A DNA stretch of 64,000 bases from the NCBI GenBank assembly GCA_964016885.1, contig OZ024743.1, positions 164,052,001-164,116,000 of the forward strand, read 5' to 3'. Positions 37,720 to 47,599 of the stretch are shown here, piece by piece. The stretch is from Eledone cirrhosa (lineage: Eukaryota). A program made the position numbers and the translations under genes. The notes under the pieces were generated by a model. That model ran no database searches. It saw nothing but the letters and a program-made list of their open reading frames with translations, and had not been told where the DNA came from. Position 1 is the first letter of the stretch. The number at the start of each line of letters is the position of its first letter.

Positions 37720-38809
37720 ATATATATTAAATGAGCCATACACATTTTACTTTTCTTAAGACTTTATTTCTGAAGCAATAGTGGTGGAAGCTACCAGACT
37801 TGGTGCATTTCTGGTTATAGGCAGGGCATTTTTTCATGCGCTCCTGTACATGGCGTTTGTGGCCTTGTTTCCCACAGTGGCTACAAAGGGCAGGTGAAGG
37901 TTGAGAGTTGTCGGACCTGTTGACGTATTGGTTCCTTTCCTGGTGTCTGTAGGAGCTGGAGGCGGCTATGGTTGAGGTGATGCCTTGACGTACATCAAGG
38001 CCTCTTAGAGAGTCATACCCTGCCGTGAGTTACCAAGGATGTCTAGGCGGATCTCATCATCCTCCAATCCTCAAATGAGGGTGTCACGGACCATGATGTC
38101 ACTATAGTCAACCGCAGTGTGGCATGAGGCCAATGGGCATTCTACTTTGAAATTGAAGACACCGGCCTGCCCTTGGAGACGGGCAGCGAAGGCCGGTCAT
38201 GCTGGTCCTGGCGCATCTGTTGCAGCTGCACATGAGCAGCCATGACGTATTCTTGGCGAAAGGCCAGGGACTTAATGTTGCGAAGGGCTGTTTGCTCATC
38301 GCTGGTAGCTAAGGCACCGAATTTCTGTATGAGGTCCTTCCTCAATTTTTCGTCACAGCACTCGAGAAGCTGGAAAAACATCCCTACCTGTAAGGCTCAT
38401 AGCACGTTTGTAGTCCAACCATCTCTGCTCAAAATAGGTTCACTCTTCACTCGTTCCAGCCACAGAGATGTCAGGGTGTCATACCTTCTTGGGTGTAGCT
38501 GCTCGTGTAGTGGGTGGCGGTGCAATTGTGCTGTGAGTGGTGAAACTGTGAAGGCCGATGAGGCGAATCAGCAGCTCCATAGGAATGTTGGTGGACCATG
38601 TTGTGCCGCAGTCAGGTGCAGGGCAAGGTATGTTGCTCATGTTGCTTTGCAGGAAGTTGAATGTACTTTTTTTGTCATATATGAGTCTTGAACACTCTTC
38701 GCTTTTCTCATGACTTTATTTCTGAAGCAATAACAAAAGAAGTTCTTAGCGCGTCTGTGACCATGAGTAAGTAATTTGCAAAGTGACAAAAGCGCTTTGA
38801 CATCTAACA
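37720..38809 (-). mobile_element. Internally deleted LTR retrotransposon (LTR, gag remnant, partial 3' LTR)
   Basis: Putative LTR 38809-38640 (TGTTAG...GCAACA, internal AATAAA); gag-like QLLECCDEKLRKDL, VRDTLI.GLEDDEIR, CSHCGKQGH; repeat GACTTTATTTCTGAAGCAATA at 37760 and 38712. Confidence 0.65.
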
Positions 38810-39057
38810 AAGAAGAGTTCCACGATAAAGGGCAAACCTGTACGAGTCTTATCGCCCCCCCCCCCCTTCTCTCTCCCTCTATATATATATATATATATAT
38901 ATAAAATTTTGTGTATGTGTTGGTTGTTTACCGACACCTTAGTATGCAGGTTGGAGCACTCAACGAAGTGCGCAGGTTGGTTTGTTTACTCCAGAGTAAT
39001 GTAAAAATAAGAAGGGTATGTCAACAGGGTAAAATTGGCTTCATTTATTCACATTCG

Positions 39058-39114
39058 CCTCTATATATATTTCAGTGATAGCCATTATTTAACAGCTATG
39101 ACCTCATCAGGCTG
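39058..39114 (-). ncRNA. Minimal type I hammerhead motif (antisense arm)
   Basis: CAGC-CTGATGA-GGTCATAGC..GCTATCACT-GAAA-TATATA-TA-GAGG; palindromic stem III; stem I imperfect. Confidence 0.55.
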
Positions 39115-39206
39115 TAAGAATTTAAACAGAAAAAACAGGAGCTGGGCATATCAATGAATTAACACAGTAAAATCCATTACATCATGTTTTTCTGTTTAAA
39201 TTCTTA

Positions 39207-39263
39207 CTGCCTGATGAGGTCATAGCTGTTGAATAATGGCTATCATTGAAACATATATAGCAG
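39207..39263 (+). ncRNA. Minimal type I hammerhead motif (sense arm)
   Basis: CTGC-CTGATGA-GGTCATAGC..GCTATCATT-GAAA-CATATA-TA-GCAG; stem I CTGC/GCAG; AATAAA downstream. Confidence 0.6.
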
Positions 39264-39835
39264 CAAATGTGAATAAACGAAGCCAATTTTACCCTGTTGA
39301 CTTACACTTCTTATTTATATATATATATATATATATCATCATCATCATCAGGTTTAGCGTCCGTGTTCCACGCTTGCATGGGTTTGGACGGGGGTTTTCC
39401 CACTTGAGGCAAGAGTAGTTGTCTTGCTCGCATAGGACTGTCTGGCGGGTTTTCTACAGTTGGATGCCCTTCCTAACACCAACCACATTTACAGTGTGGG
39501 GCTGGGAGGTTTTTACTGTGTTGCCTACACGGCCACATTACAGCGTGGACTGTCTGGCGGGTTTTCTACAGCTGGATGCCCTTCCTAACACCAACCACAT
39601 TTACAGTGTGGGGCTGGGAGGTTTTTACCGTGTTGCCTACACGGCCACATTTACAGCGTGGACTGTGTGTTTTTTTGTCGTGACACCTACACGATCTCAT
39701 TTGTTTCGGCCTGGATGTTGTGGGACCAACATAACTTTACATTGAAAGGGGCGGTGTGGATGGGGTGGAGGTGGTGGGACGGGGGTGTGTTTTGATAGAG
39801 ATGCCTACTGACTGTAGTAAGTTTTTACTTTGTAT

Positions 39836-41410
39836 TTAGGTAAGGTGGGTCTTCTCTATTACTGAGTACTGCCAAAGGTCTCGGTCCAGTGACATTGTCT
39901 TGGAGAGGTGTAAGCGTGTGAGGTCGGAATTTATCATCTCGTCCCATGTTTTTCTGGGTCTGCCTATTCCGTGGCTACCGTCTATCTTTATTGCCCTGCA
40001 CTTTGTTATACAGCTGTCGTCTTTCATGCGCATCACGTGACCGTACCAACGTAGCCTTCTCTCGAGTAAACAACATCTGATCCCTCTTATTTCTAATTTT
40101 TTCCTTAGTTCGTTTATGCTTTGCCGTTCACGTATATTACTATTGCACATCCAGCAGAGCATGCAAGCTTTGTTCCTCTCTAGTCTGCGTATATCCTCTG
40201 CACACAATGCCCAGGTCTCACTGCCATGCAGCATTGCTGTTCGTATGCAGGCATCGTATAACCTGCCTTTCATTTTTTGGGAGAACCCTCTAGCGGCTAA
40301 TAGTGGTATAAGCTCTCTGAACTTTTTCCATCCAGTTCTGACTCTAGCTACTGTACTTTCAGAGCACCCTCCCCCATTGCTGATTTTGTCACCCAGGTAA
40401 CGGAAGCTGTCCACTATTTCTATAGCACCCTCTGCGCAGTTGAAGGAGCTAGTATTTTGTGGGCACTTGCTGCTACTTATTGCACCAGAGCACCGGCCAC
40501 ATGTAAAATCTATGTTCTTAGTTAGCTTACCTGTGATCCCACTACATCTTTTATGCACCCATACTTTACATTTGGGACATAAAATGGAGTTTCTACCTAC
40601 GCCTTTCCTACACACTGAGCATGGCCATTTCCCAGATGGGACTGCCGCCTTATTTTCTTTCCTACAAACTAGAACTTTAGTCTTAGACGGGTTAATTTTA
40701 AGGCCTTTTGATTCTAGGCCGTGCTTCCATGTTTGGAATTTCTTCTCTAGTTCGGTCATTGATTCAGCTATGAGCATTAGATCATCTGCGTATAGGAGTT
40801 CCCATGGGCAGCCGGTCTTGAACTCCTCTGTTATAGCCTGAAGGGCAATAATAAATAGTAGGGGGCTAAGAACAGAGCCCTGATGGACACCAACTTTTAC
40901 GCTAAACTCTTCACTATATTCGTTGTTAATTCTAACCTTACTGACTGTTTCTTTATACATGGCTTGTATAGCTCTCACAAGCCATTCGTCAACACCTAGT
41001 TTTCTAAGAGACCACCAGATAATGGAACGGGGGACTCTGTCGAAGGCTTTCTCCAAGTCGACGAAAGCTAAGTATAGGGGTTTACTTTTAGCTAGGTACT
41101 TCTCCTGTAGTTGTCGTACAATGAAAAGAGCGTCTGTGGTACTTTTGCCTGACACAAACCCGAACTGCATTTCATCTAGATCAATTCTCTCTCTGATTAG
41201 TTGCGCTATTACTTTTTCCGTGACCTTCATGACCTGGTCGACTAATTTAATGCCTCTATAGTTACTCCTATCTAGGGCATCTCCTTTTCCCTTATAGCAG
41301 TTAACGATGATGCTGCTACGCCAGTCCTTCGGAACAACCCCATTCTGTACGACTTGGTTAACTATGCGGGTGACCATGGTGTGTCCCACCGAACCAGATG
41401 CCTTCAGCAA
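39836..41410 (-). CDS. RTE reverse transcriptase, C-terminal half, with inserted PHD-like finger
   Basis: NYRGIKL, QFGF, AFVDLEKAFDRVP, GVHQGSVLSPLLF, LLYADD, FRYLG, RLRWYGHV, GRPRKTW. Confidence 0.93.
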   Translation of the reverse strand: MLKASGSVGHTMVTRIVNQVVQNGVVPKDWRSSIIVNCYKGKGDALDRSNYRGIKLVDQVMKVTEKVIAQLIRERIDLDEMQFGFVSGKSTTDALFIVRQLQEKYLAKSKPLYLAFVDLEKAFDRVPRSIIWWSLRKLGVDEWLVRAIQAMYKETVSKVRINNEYSEEFSVKVGVHQGSVLSPLLFIIALQAITEEFKTGCPWELLYADDLMLIAESMTELEKKFQTWKHGLESKGLKINPSKTKVLVCRKENKAAVPSGKWPCSVCRKGVGRNSILCPKCKVWVHKRCSGITGKLTKNIDFTCGRCSGAISSSKCPQNTSSFNCAEGAIEIVDSFRYLGDKISNGGGCSESTVARVRTGWKKFRELIPLLAARGFSQKMKGRLYDACIRTAMLHGSETWALCAEDIRRLERNKACMLCWMCNSNIRERQSINELRKKLEIRGIRCCLLERRLRWYGHVMRMKDDSCITKCRAIKIDGSHGIGRPRKTWDEMINSDLTRLHLSKTMSLDRDLWQYSVIEKTHLT

Positions 41411-42932
41411 CTATTTCCGAAGGACCAGCCGCCTTACCCGTCTTCATATCTTTGATTGCCTTGCTTATTGTACTACCCTGGACTAACACTGCTGGTCCCT
41501 CTATTGGGTCGATGTGGGGGAGACTGTCTTTCTCCCATTTGTTCTCATTTAGAAGCCTTTCGTAGTGACACTTCCAAGCTACCTTCTTATCAGCGTCGGT
41601 GATGGCAAGTATGCCATCATCGTTAAGTACACACTTCTCCCCGACAATATCATGGTTTTCCTTGACACATTGCCTGGCAATCCTGAACACCTCACGTTTT
41701 TGGTCCTCACGTTGTAGAACATGCTTGAACTTTCTTTCCTCTGCTTCCCTTCTTGCGAAGTACACTTGTCTCCTAGCTTCCCTCCTGGCCACTTGATAGT
41801 CTTCTCTACTTCCCCCATCCCGCCATGCTTTCCAAGCCTGCTTTTTGGCCTTAATTGACTCCTCCACCTTACTGTTCCACCACCATGTTACTCTCCTCCT
41901 ACCTACAGGCCTGCTCCAGCCACAGACTTCGTCTGCCGCCGTCAGCAGGTTTGCTCTCAGGAATTCCCATTGTTCCTCTATATTATACGACTCTAATTGC
42001 TCTTCCTTACTGTCGAAAGCGTCAAGTAATATGCTTTGAAATTTATTTCTGGCTATGGGGTCCTTTAGCTTCCATATTTTTCTCCTGAGGATAGTCCTCT
42101 TCCGCTGTCTAGTACGTCTCGTCCTGACTATGAGGTCGCTAATTATCAGTCTATGTTGGGAGGTGAATTCTTCATGGGGGAGGGATTTAGTGTTAACAAC
42201 AGACACTCTGTCACGTCTTCTGGTAAGGATATAATCTACCTGGCTTGTGTGCTCCCCCAATCTATAGGTGATCAAGTGATTGTCTCGTTTTTTGAAGTTA
42301 GTGTTACAGATAGTTAAGTTATTTGCGTCGCAGAATTCCAGGATTCTGGAGCCTTCCTCATTTCTAGTACCGAACCCATAGCCTCCATGGATTCCGTCAT
42401 AGCCGTCACAATGTTGTCCAACGTGACCATTTAGGTCGCCTGCAATAACTATATAGTCACTGTCGGTTATTTGGGAGGTAGCGAGCATCACTGTCTCGTA
42501 GAATCTGTCTTTTATAGCGCCGGGCAGTCCGGATTGGGGTGCGTACGCAGATATTACTGTCACCGTAGTTTTATTGAGGACAAGTCTTATTTTAATTATT
42601 CTGTCGTTCACTCTATTTACGTCTATTATCTTATCTGCCCACTTTTCTGCTACCATGATTCCTACCCCACCCAACCCATTGTCATTTCCCACCCAGAAAA
42701 GCTTATAGCATCGTTCTTTACCCACGATGAATCTAGCCGACCCTCCCCTCCACCTGGTCTCTTGAATACAACAAACATCGACCTCCTTACGTTCAAGCAT
42801 TTCTACAACCTCGTTAGAGCGACCCTTTAAGGTGCCTACATTCATGGTACCAACTCTGAAGTTTTGGATTGCGTTTGGAGGGTGGGAGCGGGGGGGGGGG
42901 GGGGTTATGTTAGCCATCCTGGGCCGAAACAA
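41358..42932 (-). CDS. RTE APE endonuclease plus linker (N-terminal half of the same ORF, split by a frameshift)
   Basis: MNVGTL, CIQETRW, SAYAPQ, GDLNGHVG, QVDYIL, SQHRLI, WWW, KAAGPS. Confidence 0.93.
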   Translation of the reverse strand: MFRPRMANITPPPPRSHPPNAIQNFRVGTMNVGTLKGRSNEVVEMLERKEVDVCCIQETRWRGGSARFIVGKERCYKLFWVGNDNGLGGVGIMVAEKWADKIIDVNRVNDRIIKIRLVLNKTTVTVISAYAPQSGLPGAIKDRFYETVMLATSQITDSDYIVIAGDLNGHVGQHCDGYDGIHGGYGFGTRNEEGSRILEFCDANNLTICNTNFKKRDNHLITYRLGEHTSQVDYILTRRRDRVSVVNTKSLPHEEFTSQHRLIISDLIVRTRRTRQRKRTILRRKIWKLKDPIARNKFQSILLDAFDSKEEQLESYNIEEQWEFLRANLLTAADEVCGWSRPVGRRRVTWWWNSKVEESIKAKKQAWKAWRDGGSREDYQVARREARRQVYFARREAEERKFKHVLQREDQKREVFRIARQCVKENHDIVGEKCVLNDDGILAITDADKKVAWKCHYERLLNENKWEKDSLPHIDPIEGPAVLVQGSTISKAIKDMKTGKAAGPSEIVAEGIWFGGTHHGHPHS

Positions 42933-43774
42933 GGAGGAGTGCTTGCATTCTCGTCCACGAGGTGAATTTGGCTTTATATATATAGGACTGTGGCCCTGTC
43001 ATTAACCCATTTTTTCTGTGGTACAAAACTTTGTTTTAAAATGTTTATATTTTTGTAAAAACCTTTCATGATGATTTCATTTAATGTCATGAAAACACCT
43101 GTGAAAGCTATATGATGTGGTAAGAGCTAGTTAAACTTACATAGGTGTAAACTTTAACATAAAATTAATAATCTTGTAAAGTGAAAGTATTAACAAATAC
43201 AATATTGTAGAATATTGTAGAATGTCTGTCCAGTATCAATGACATGGCTCTCTAAGGCCCTCTAAGGTATGTAAGACAAGCAAGTAATAAATTATGTAAG
43301 TAGCAAACATTACTACAATGAGTATAGTATGTAGTGCTTGGTATCAGTTACACAATGTGGTTGATGTAGTGGTAAAAGATTCCATAGATATATAATTGAT
43401 AGGTGGAGTAGAGTGAGAGAGAGGAGTAATTAATAGATAGTGGAATATGGAGAGGATTGGAAGAAAGAGTGAAGGAGGAAGATATGGCATGAGTTAGTGA
43501 TAAAGTAAGAGAGAAGTGGAATGAAGAAAGATATGTGTAAAATAGAAAGATTACTTGATAAAATAGAAATATATAGAAAGCAAGGTGTGAGAAATGATGA
43601 GAAGAGGTTGAGAGATATTTTGACTGAGAAATTAAAAAGACAAGGAAATATATACATGAATATCTGTATGTATTGCCTCTTTCTGTTAATTTCAAGTTTA
43701 TTTTTGACTGGCTGCCTTCCTGGCAGCAAGGTTATAAAGAAAAGCAAATTTTTTATTGTCTCTTGTGTAATCAT

Positions 43775-44215
43775 TCATCATTTGAATTGTAAGAATGTTT
43801 TACAGATTTTGAAGGTTCCAGGTATTGTGGTCATTTGTAGCTTATGAATTAAGGAACTACATACTTTCTCCACAAATCCAAGTTCAGTTTTACTTTGGTC
43901 CAGGCAGGTTGATATATATCCTGTAGCTCTAATAATAGGTATGAAACTGAACGTGTATTTTAGGTACTGGATCTGCAAACTCCTCATCAGTGGTCCATAG
44001 ATATCCTCCTCTTCTTTTTTCTTACTACATTTACATTAATTGACCAACTGACTTCTGCAACAGCATGCTATTAATATGTGGTCCCAAACAACAATATCAA
44101 GTCGGTTATGTTTTAATTTGTTAGCAATTTATATATTTAGGTTTGACTAATATTCCTTTGAGCCATCAGTCTCAAAGTATTCCACCCTATTTGTTGTTAT
44201 TTTCATCTTCCAAAC
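43775..44215 (-). mobile_element. Degenerate restriction-like-endonuclease (R4/Dong-like) non-LTR element C-terminus
   Basis: KHNRLDIVVWD (RPD motif), EVSW, KEEEDIYGPLMR, FIPII.ATGYI, LQ.TTIPGTFKICKTFL. Confidence 0.6.
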
Positions 44216-44653
44216 TTGTTTCCGCTGGGTTCAGCACGGCCAACTAGCCGGTGCCATCCAGTTCCAGGCTCCCAAACTATGGTTCAACTGAGAGAAAGGT
44301 TTGGCATGGCCAATTTGCCTGTCCCTCCTCATAACAGTGCCATCTAGGTCCACACTATAAATGTGGTTGCTGTTAGGAAGGGCATCCAGCTGAAAAAACC
44401 CCGGCCAAATTTAGTCTCACCTGAGGAAAGTACGGTGTGGCTAATTCTGGCCAGGCTTGTCTCTTGATGTGGACGACCCGACAAACCCATGCAAGCATGG
44501 AAAATGGACGTTAAATTGTGATGATGATGATATATATGTGTGTCTATATATATGTGTGTGTGAATGCAAAAATGTAAATAGATGTACCAAAGCAAGCAAC
44601 ACAGTACAATGAATAAATATATTAGTTTAATGTTTGATATAGTAGAAAAAGAG

Positions 44654-44689
44654 TCTTAATGCTTCAGACTTTAGTCCTTCATCAGAAGA
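44654..44689 (-). ncRNA. Decayed minimal hammerhead motif in a solo pLTR-like segment
   Basis: TCTT-CTGATGA-A GGAC TAAA GTCT-GAAG-CA-TT-AAGA; GAAG replaces GAAA. Confidence 0.5.
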
Positions 44690-45114
44690 TAGAATAATAA
44701 AAAATGAAATAGAAAGATTGTGAGAAGAAGAAGCAACAGAATAAAAAATATTTTTGATAAAAACAAAAATGTCATTGCTCTCTGTAACAATGGTTTGATA
44801 TAGTTTGTTGGCAGGTGTTCCTCACGCTAAAAAGAAATGGTAACAGGTGGAAATTCAGGTATGGTAAGCACTCACCTGAGACTGCTTTCTAGGTTCTGAA
44901 CAATACTATAGTATTTACTCACACATTCATGCATTGACAAAGGATTATATATATATGTGTATATATATATATATATGTGTGTGTATGTATATGTGTGTGT
45001 GTATATATATATGTATATGTGTATATACGTATGTGTGTGTGTGTGTATATGTGTATATGTGTATATATGTATGTGTGTATATATGTATATAAAGTAGTAA
45101 TATATAAGTAGTAA

Positions 45115-45422
45115 TACAACAGTTAGTTCACCATACTGAGAACAATTGTTTCACCTTAGCGGATCTTCAGTGCAGACTGGTCATGGTTATACAGAACAGG
45201 AAGAACAACCATATGAACGCGCATGCGTAGAAACGGTCACTTAACCTAAGCGATACAAAGCCATGGGCGAAAGGTGTAAGAGAAATAACTGCAAAAGTCC
45301 GGAAAAGATGTTCGAGTTGATTAGAAAATTAGAATGTTGTTGTTATTCAATCTGGAGCTTTGTAGTTATGCAAGAGGTGTCTCCAGACATGTGGACAACG
45401 TGAGAAGATTTCGTTTCTTGAA
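45115..45422 (-). mobile_element. PLE 3' terminus (same family as 36.7-37.0 kb) with hammerhead at 45136-45175
   Basis: RNEIFSRCPHVWRHLLHNY vs NELFSCCLHVWKHLLRNY; CTGAAGA-TCCGCTAAGGT-GAAA-CAATTG-TT. Confidence 0.75.
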
Positions 45423-45613
45423 TGTGTATATGTATATATATATGTGTGTATGTATATGTGCGTGTATATATATATCATCATCATCATTTAACGTCCATTT
45501 TTCACGCTAGCATGGGTCTGGACAGGAATTGTCCCACTTGAGGCAAGATTGGTTGTCTGGCGGGTTTTCTACGGCTGCATGCCCTTCCTAACAGCAACCA
45601 CGTTTACAGTGTG

Positions 45614-45671
<58 letters not shown>

Positions 45672-45736
45672 CGGTGCCCCAGCATGGCCTCAGCCGGATG
45701 GCTGAAACAGGTAAAAGAGTAAAAAATATATGTATA

Positions 45737-45779
<43 letters not shown>

Positions 45780-46012
45780 ATATATATATATGTACAGTAT
45801 TTACGTATCGAGAAAGAGAAAAAAAGGGGAGGATAGGTGATACATATAGTTATTTGCCAAGTAGCGTATGCCAAAGGTGCTCGATACTAGTGCCGGCAGT
45901 ATTAAATATTCGAAGTGTTAATATTTAGTGGGCTAGAGAGTTAGCAGAGCGTAAGCACGTGGGAAAGTAAAAAATCGGAGAATAGACCGTTAAAACATGT
46001 TTATTTAAAACA

Positions 46013-46052
46013 GCACCTACGTACGTTTCGCCCAGTTGGGCTTCTCAAGGGC
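46013..46052 (-). ncRNA. Minimal type I hammerhead, U3-A8 core variant
   Basis: GCCC-TTGAGAA-GCCC AACT GGGC-GAAA-CGTACG-TA-GGTGC; AATAAA ~10 nt downstream. Confidence 0.7.
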
Positions 46053-46352
46053 ATAAATAATCACAAGTGTTCCTTATATTGCTCGGAAAGAGTTTTGGGG
46101 GTTAAATCCACATCAAGGTTCATTGCTCGCAAAAATATCTTGTTTTGATTTTGCAGCAGGTCAAGGGAGGTAACTCTGGCCGGTGTTAGGGCAGTCTTTC
46201 CCGGACAAATTTTTTTTTTTTTTTTTTTTTTTTGCCGCATCTGTTTGTCTGAGGCTGGGTCTGGTATGCACGGATTGTTTCCTGGGTGTTATTTTGCAGC
46301 GCCTGCCCGCCGGGGTGTTAAGACTTGCTGCAGGGAGATCCGGTGTACGGTT

Positions 46353-46946
46353 TCACTCCTCATCCTTAACCCATCTGAAGAAGGATATTTTTAAGCGATG
46401 TGTACAACTTATCGCTGTTTCAGCTCTGCTGTTGATGAGCTCGTGGGGTGCAGTTATGATGTGGTAGAGCTCCATGAAGCAAAGATCGCATTTCCTCTTG
46501 AAGTTGTACGGTGCAGCCCTGCCGACAATCTCCCAGTGCGTGGAGAAGCTGATGTTTAAGTCCTTTAGTGATGTGATGTAGTCCGCGAGCGAAGTGGAGT
46601 GCCTTAGTTTTCTATTTGTGAAAGAGTGGAGATGTGTTCGAAATCTAATTTTGAACGGGCCGGAGGTAGCCCCTATATAATGTTTAACGCTATTGTGGCT
46701 AGTAATAGTGCATCTATATATAACCCTATCAGTCAAGCAGTATCCTCTAAGGGGGCAGCGTCCTCTGTCGCGGCAGTTACAATTTCTGTCGCGGTTCCGT
46801 CTATTTTCCACGGTAAGGCTATCATTGTTGCTGCCTACGTTGTTACCTACGCAACCGCAGCTGTCGTTAGCACCATTACAACCCACAGCACGCGGGGTGG
46901 TGCGATTGTTATTCCGCACGTCATGTCCTGCATGTTCCCCAGTCAT
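46353..46946 (-). CDS. PLE GIY-YIG endonuclease domain (interrupted ORF)
   Basis: CNCR..CPL.GYCL, VIYRCTI...YIGAT..FKIRF..H, STSLADYI, CDLCFME, INSRAE..SCTH. Confidence 0.85.
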   Translation of the reverse strand: MTGEHAGHDVRNNNRTTPRAVGCNGANDSCGCVGNNVGSNNDSLTVENRRNRDRNCNCRDRGRCPLRGYCLTDRVIYRCTITSHNSVKHYIGATSGPFKIRFRTHLHSFTNRKLRHSTSLADYITSLKDLNISFSTHWEIVGRAAPYNFKRKCDLCFMELYHIITAPHELINSRAETAISCTHRLKISFFRWVKDEE

Positions 46947-47525
46947 TTCGCGGTTCTACTGGTTGCGTCTGCGGATGCCATTGCCAACACTATTGGATGC
47001 TGCCAGGGAGTTGTTAAGGCCGATATAGTTATTGTCAGGTGTAGGTGCGTCTGTGTCTTGGTGCTGTATCTTGGTGATCTTACTGTGGTTCGTTGTTCCT
47101 ATGATGTCTGCTAGGTTAGGAGTAGTAGAGAAGGATATTTTTATATTGTTCCTATTAAGAATTTTTCTATACCTATGGTTGGGCGGGAAGTTCTTCTCTA
47201 AGGCTTCGAAGAACATCCGGGGTATATTGCAGGCCACACTCCGAGAGTAGGGGGTGTGGAACCATAGGACGTTACGGTGGCGATTACGTGTCCTTGTACT
47301 TTTGCTACGGGTGGTTCCATCTAGGTGACCGCTCTTATGTGTGTTAATGCGCAGTCGCCCGTTCGGTGCCCCTTTCACTTTATGCTCGGGTGCACTCTTC
47401 CTACCTCTTCCATGTTTATGTACACGAAGATGTTGGTTGGAAGGCGTTGGTTTTGTAATAGGGGAATAGTTCGAGTAATCTACAGTGTTCACCGTCGCCA
47501 GGGTCGTGATCTTTGGTGCGGTTAT

Positions 47526-47558
47526 CTATATATGTATATATATATATGCGGTTATATA

Positions 47559-47599
<41 letters not shown>

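Larger units (their letters stand above)
39020..39301. repeat. Fold-back of two inverted pLTR-like arms (39020-39137 and 39185-39301), each with a hammerhead motif
   Basis: Arms are reverse complements with few mismatches; ~47-bp spacer. Confidence 0.9.
39335..42975 (-). mobile_element. Near-full-length RTE-clade LINE (APE + RT + 3'UTR + GAT tail)
   Basis: Two overlapping 524-aa ORFs, ~490-bp 3'UTR, terminal hairpin, (GAT)n tail; TA-repeat flanks on both sides. Confidence 0.95.
45800..47520 (-). mobile_element. Penelope-like element 3' part: RT thumb/linker, GIY-YIG endonuclease and pLTR
   Basis: Same-frame ORFs 46956-47492 (LWFHTPYS..NIPRMF..FPPNHRYRKILNRNNIKISFSTTPNL) and 46353-46946, separated by one TAG. 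Confidence 0.9.

Noticed and set aside
41358-41410. Two-ORF LINE organisation or programmed frameshift
   Set aside because: Paralog comparison shows a copy-specific 8-nt deletion in a single ORF; the equal 524-aa lengths are coincidental.
40116-42830. Plus-strand ORFs recurring at several loci (e.g. MLCRSRILLLHIQ)
   Set aside because: Antisense shadows of the RTE ORF; they recur only because the LINE is repeated.
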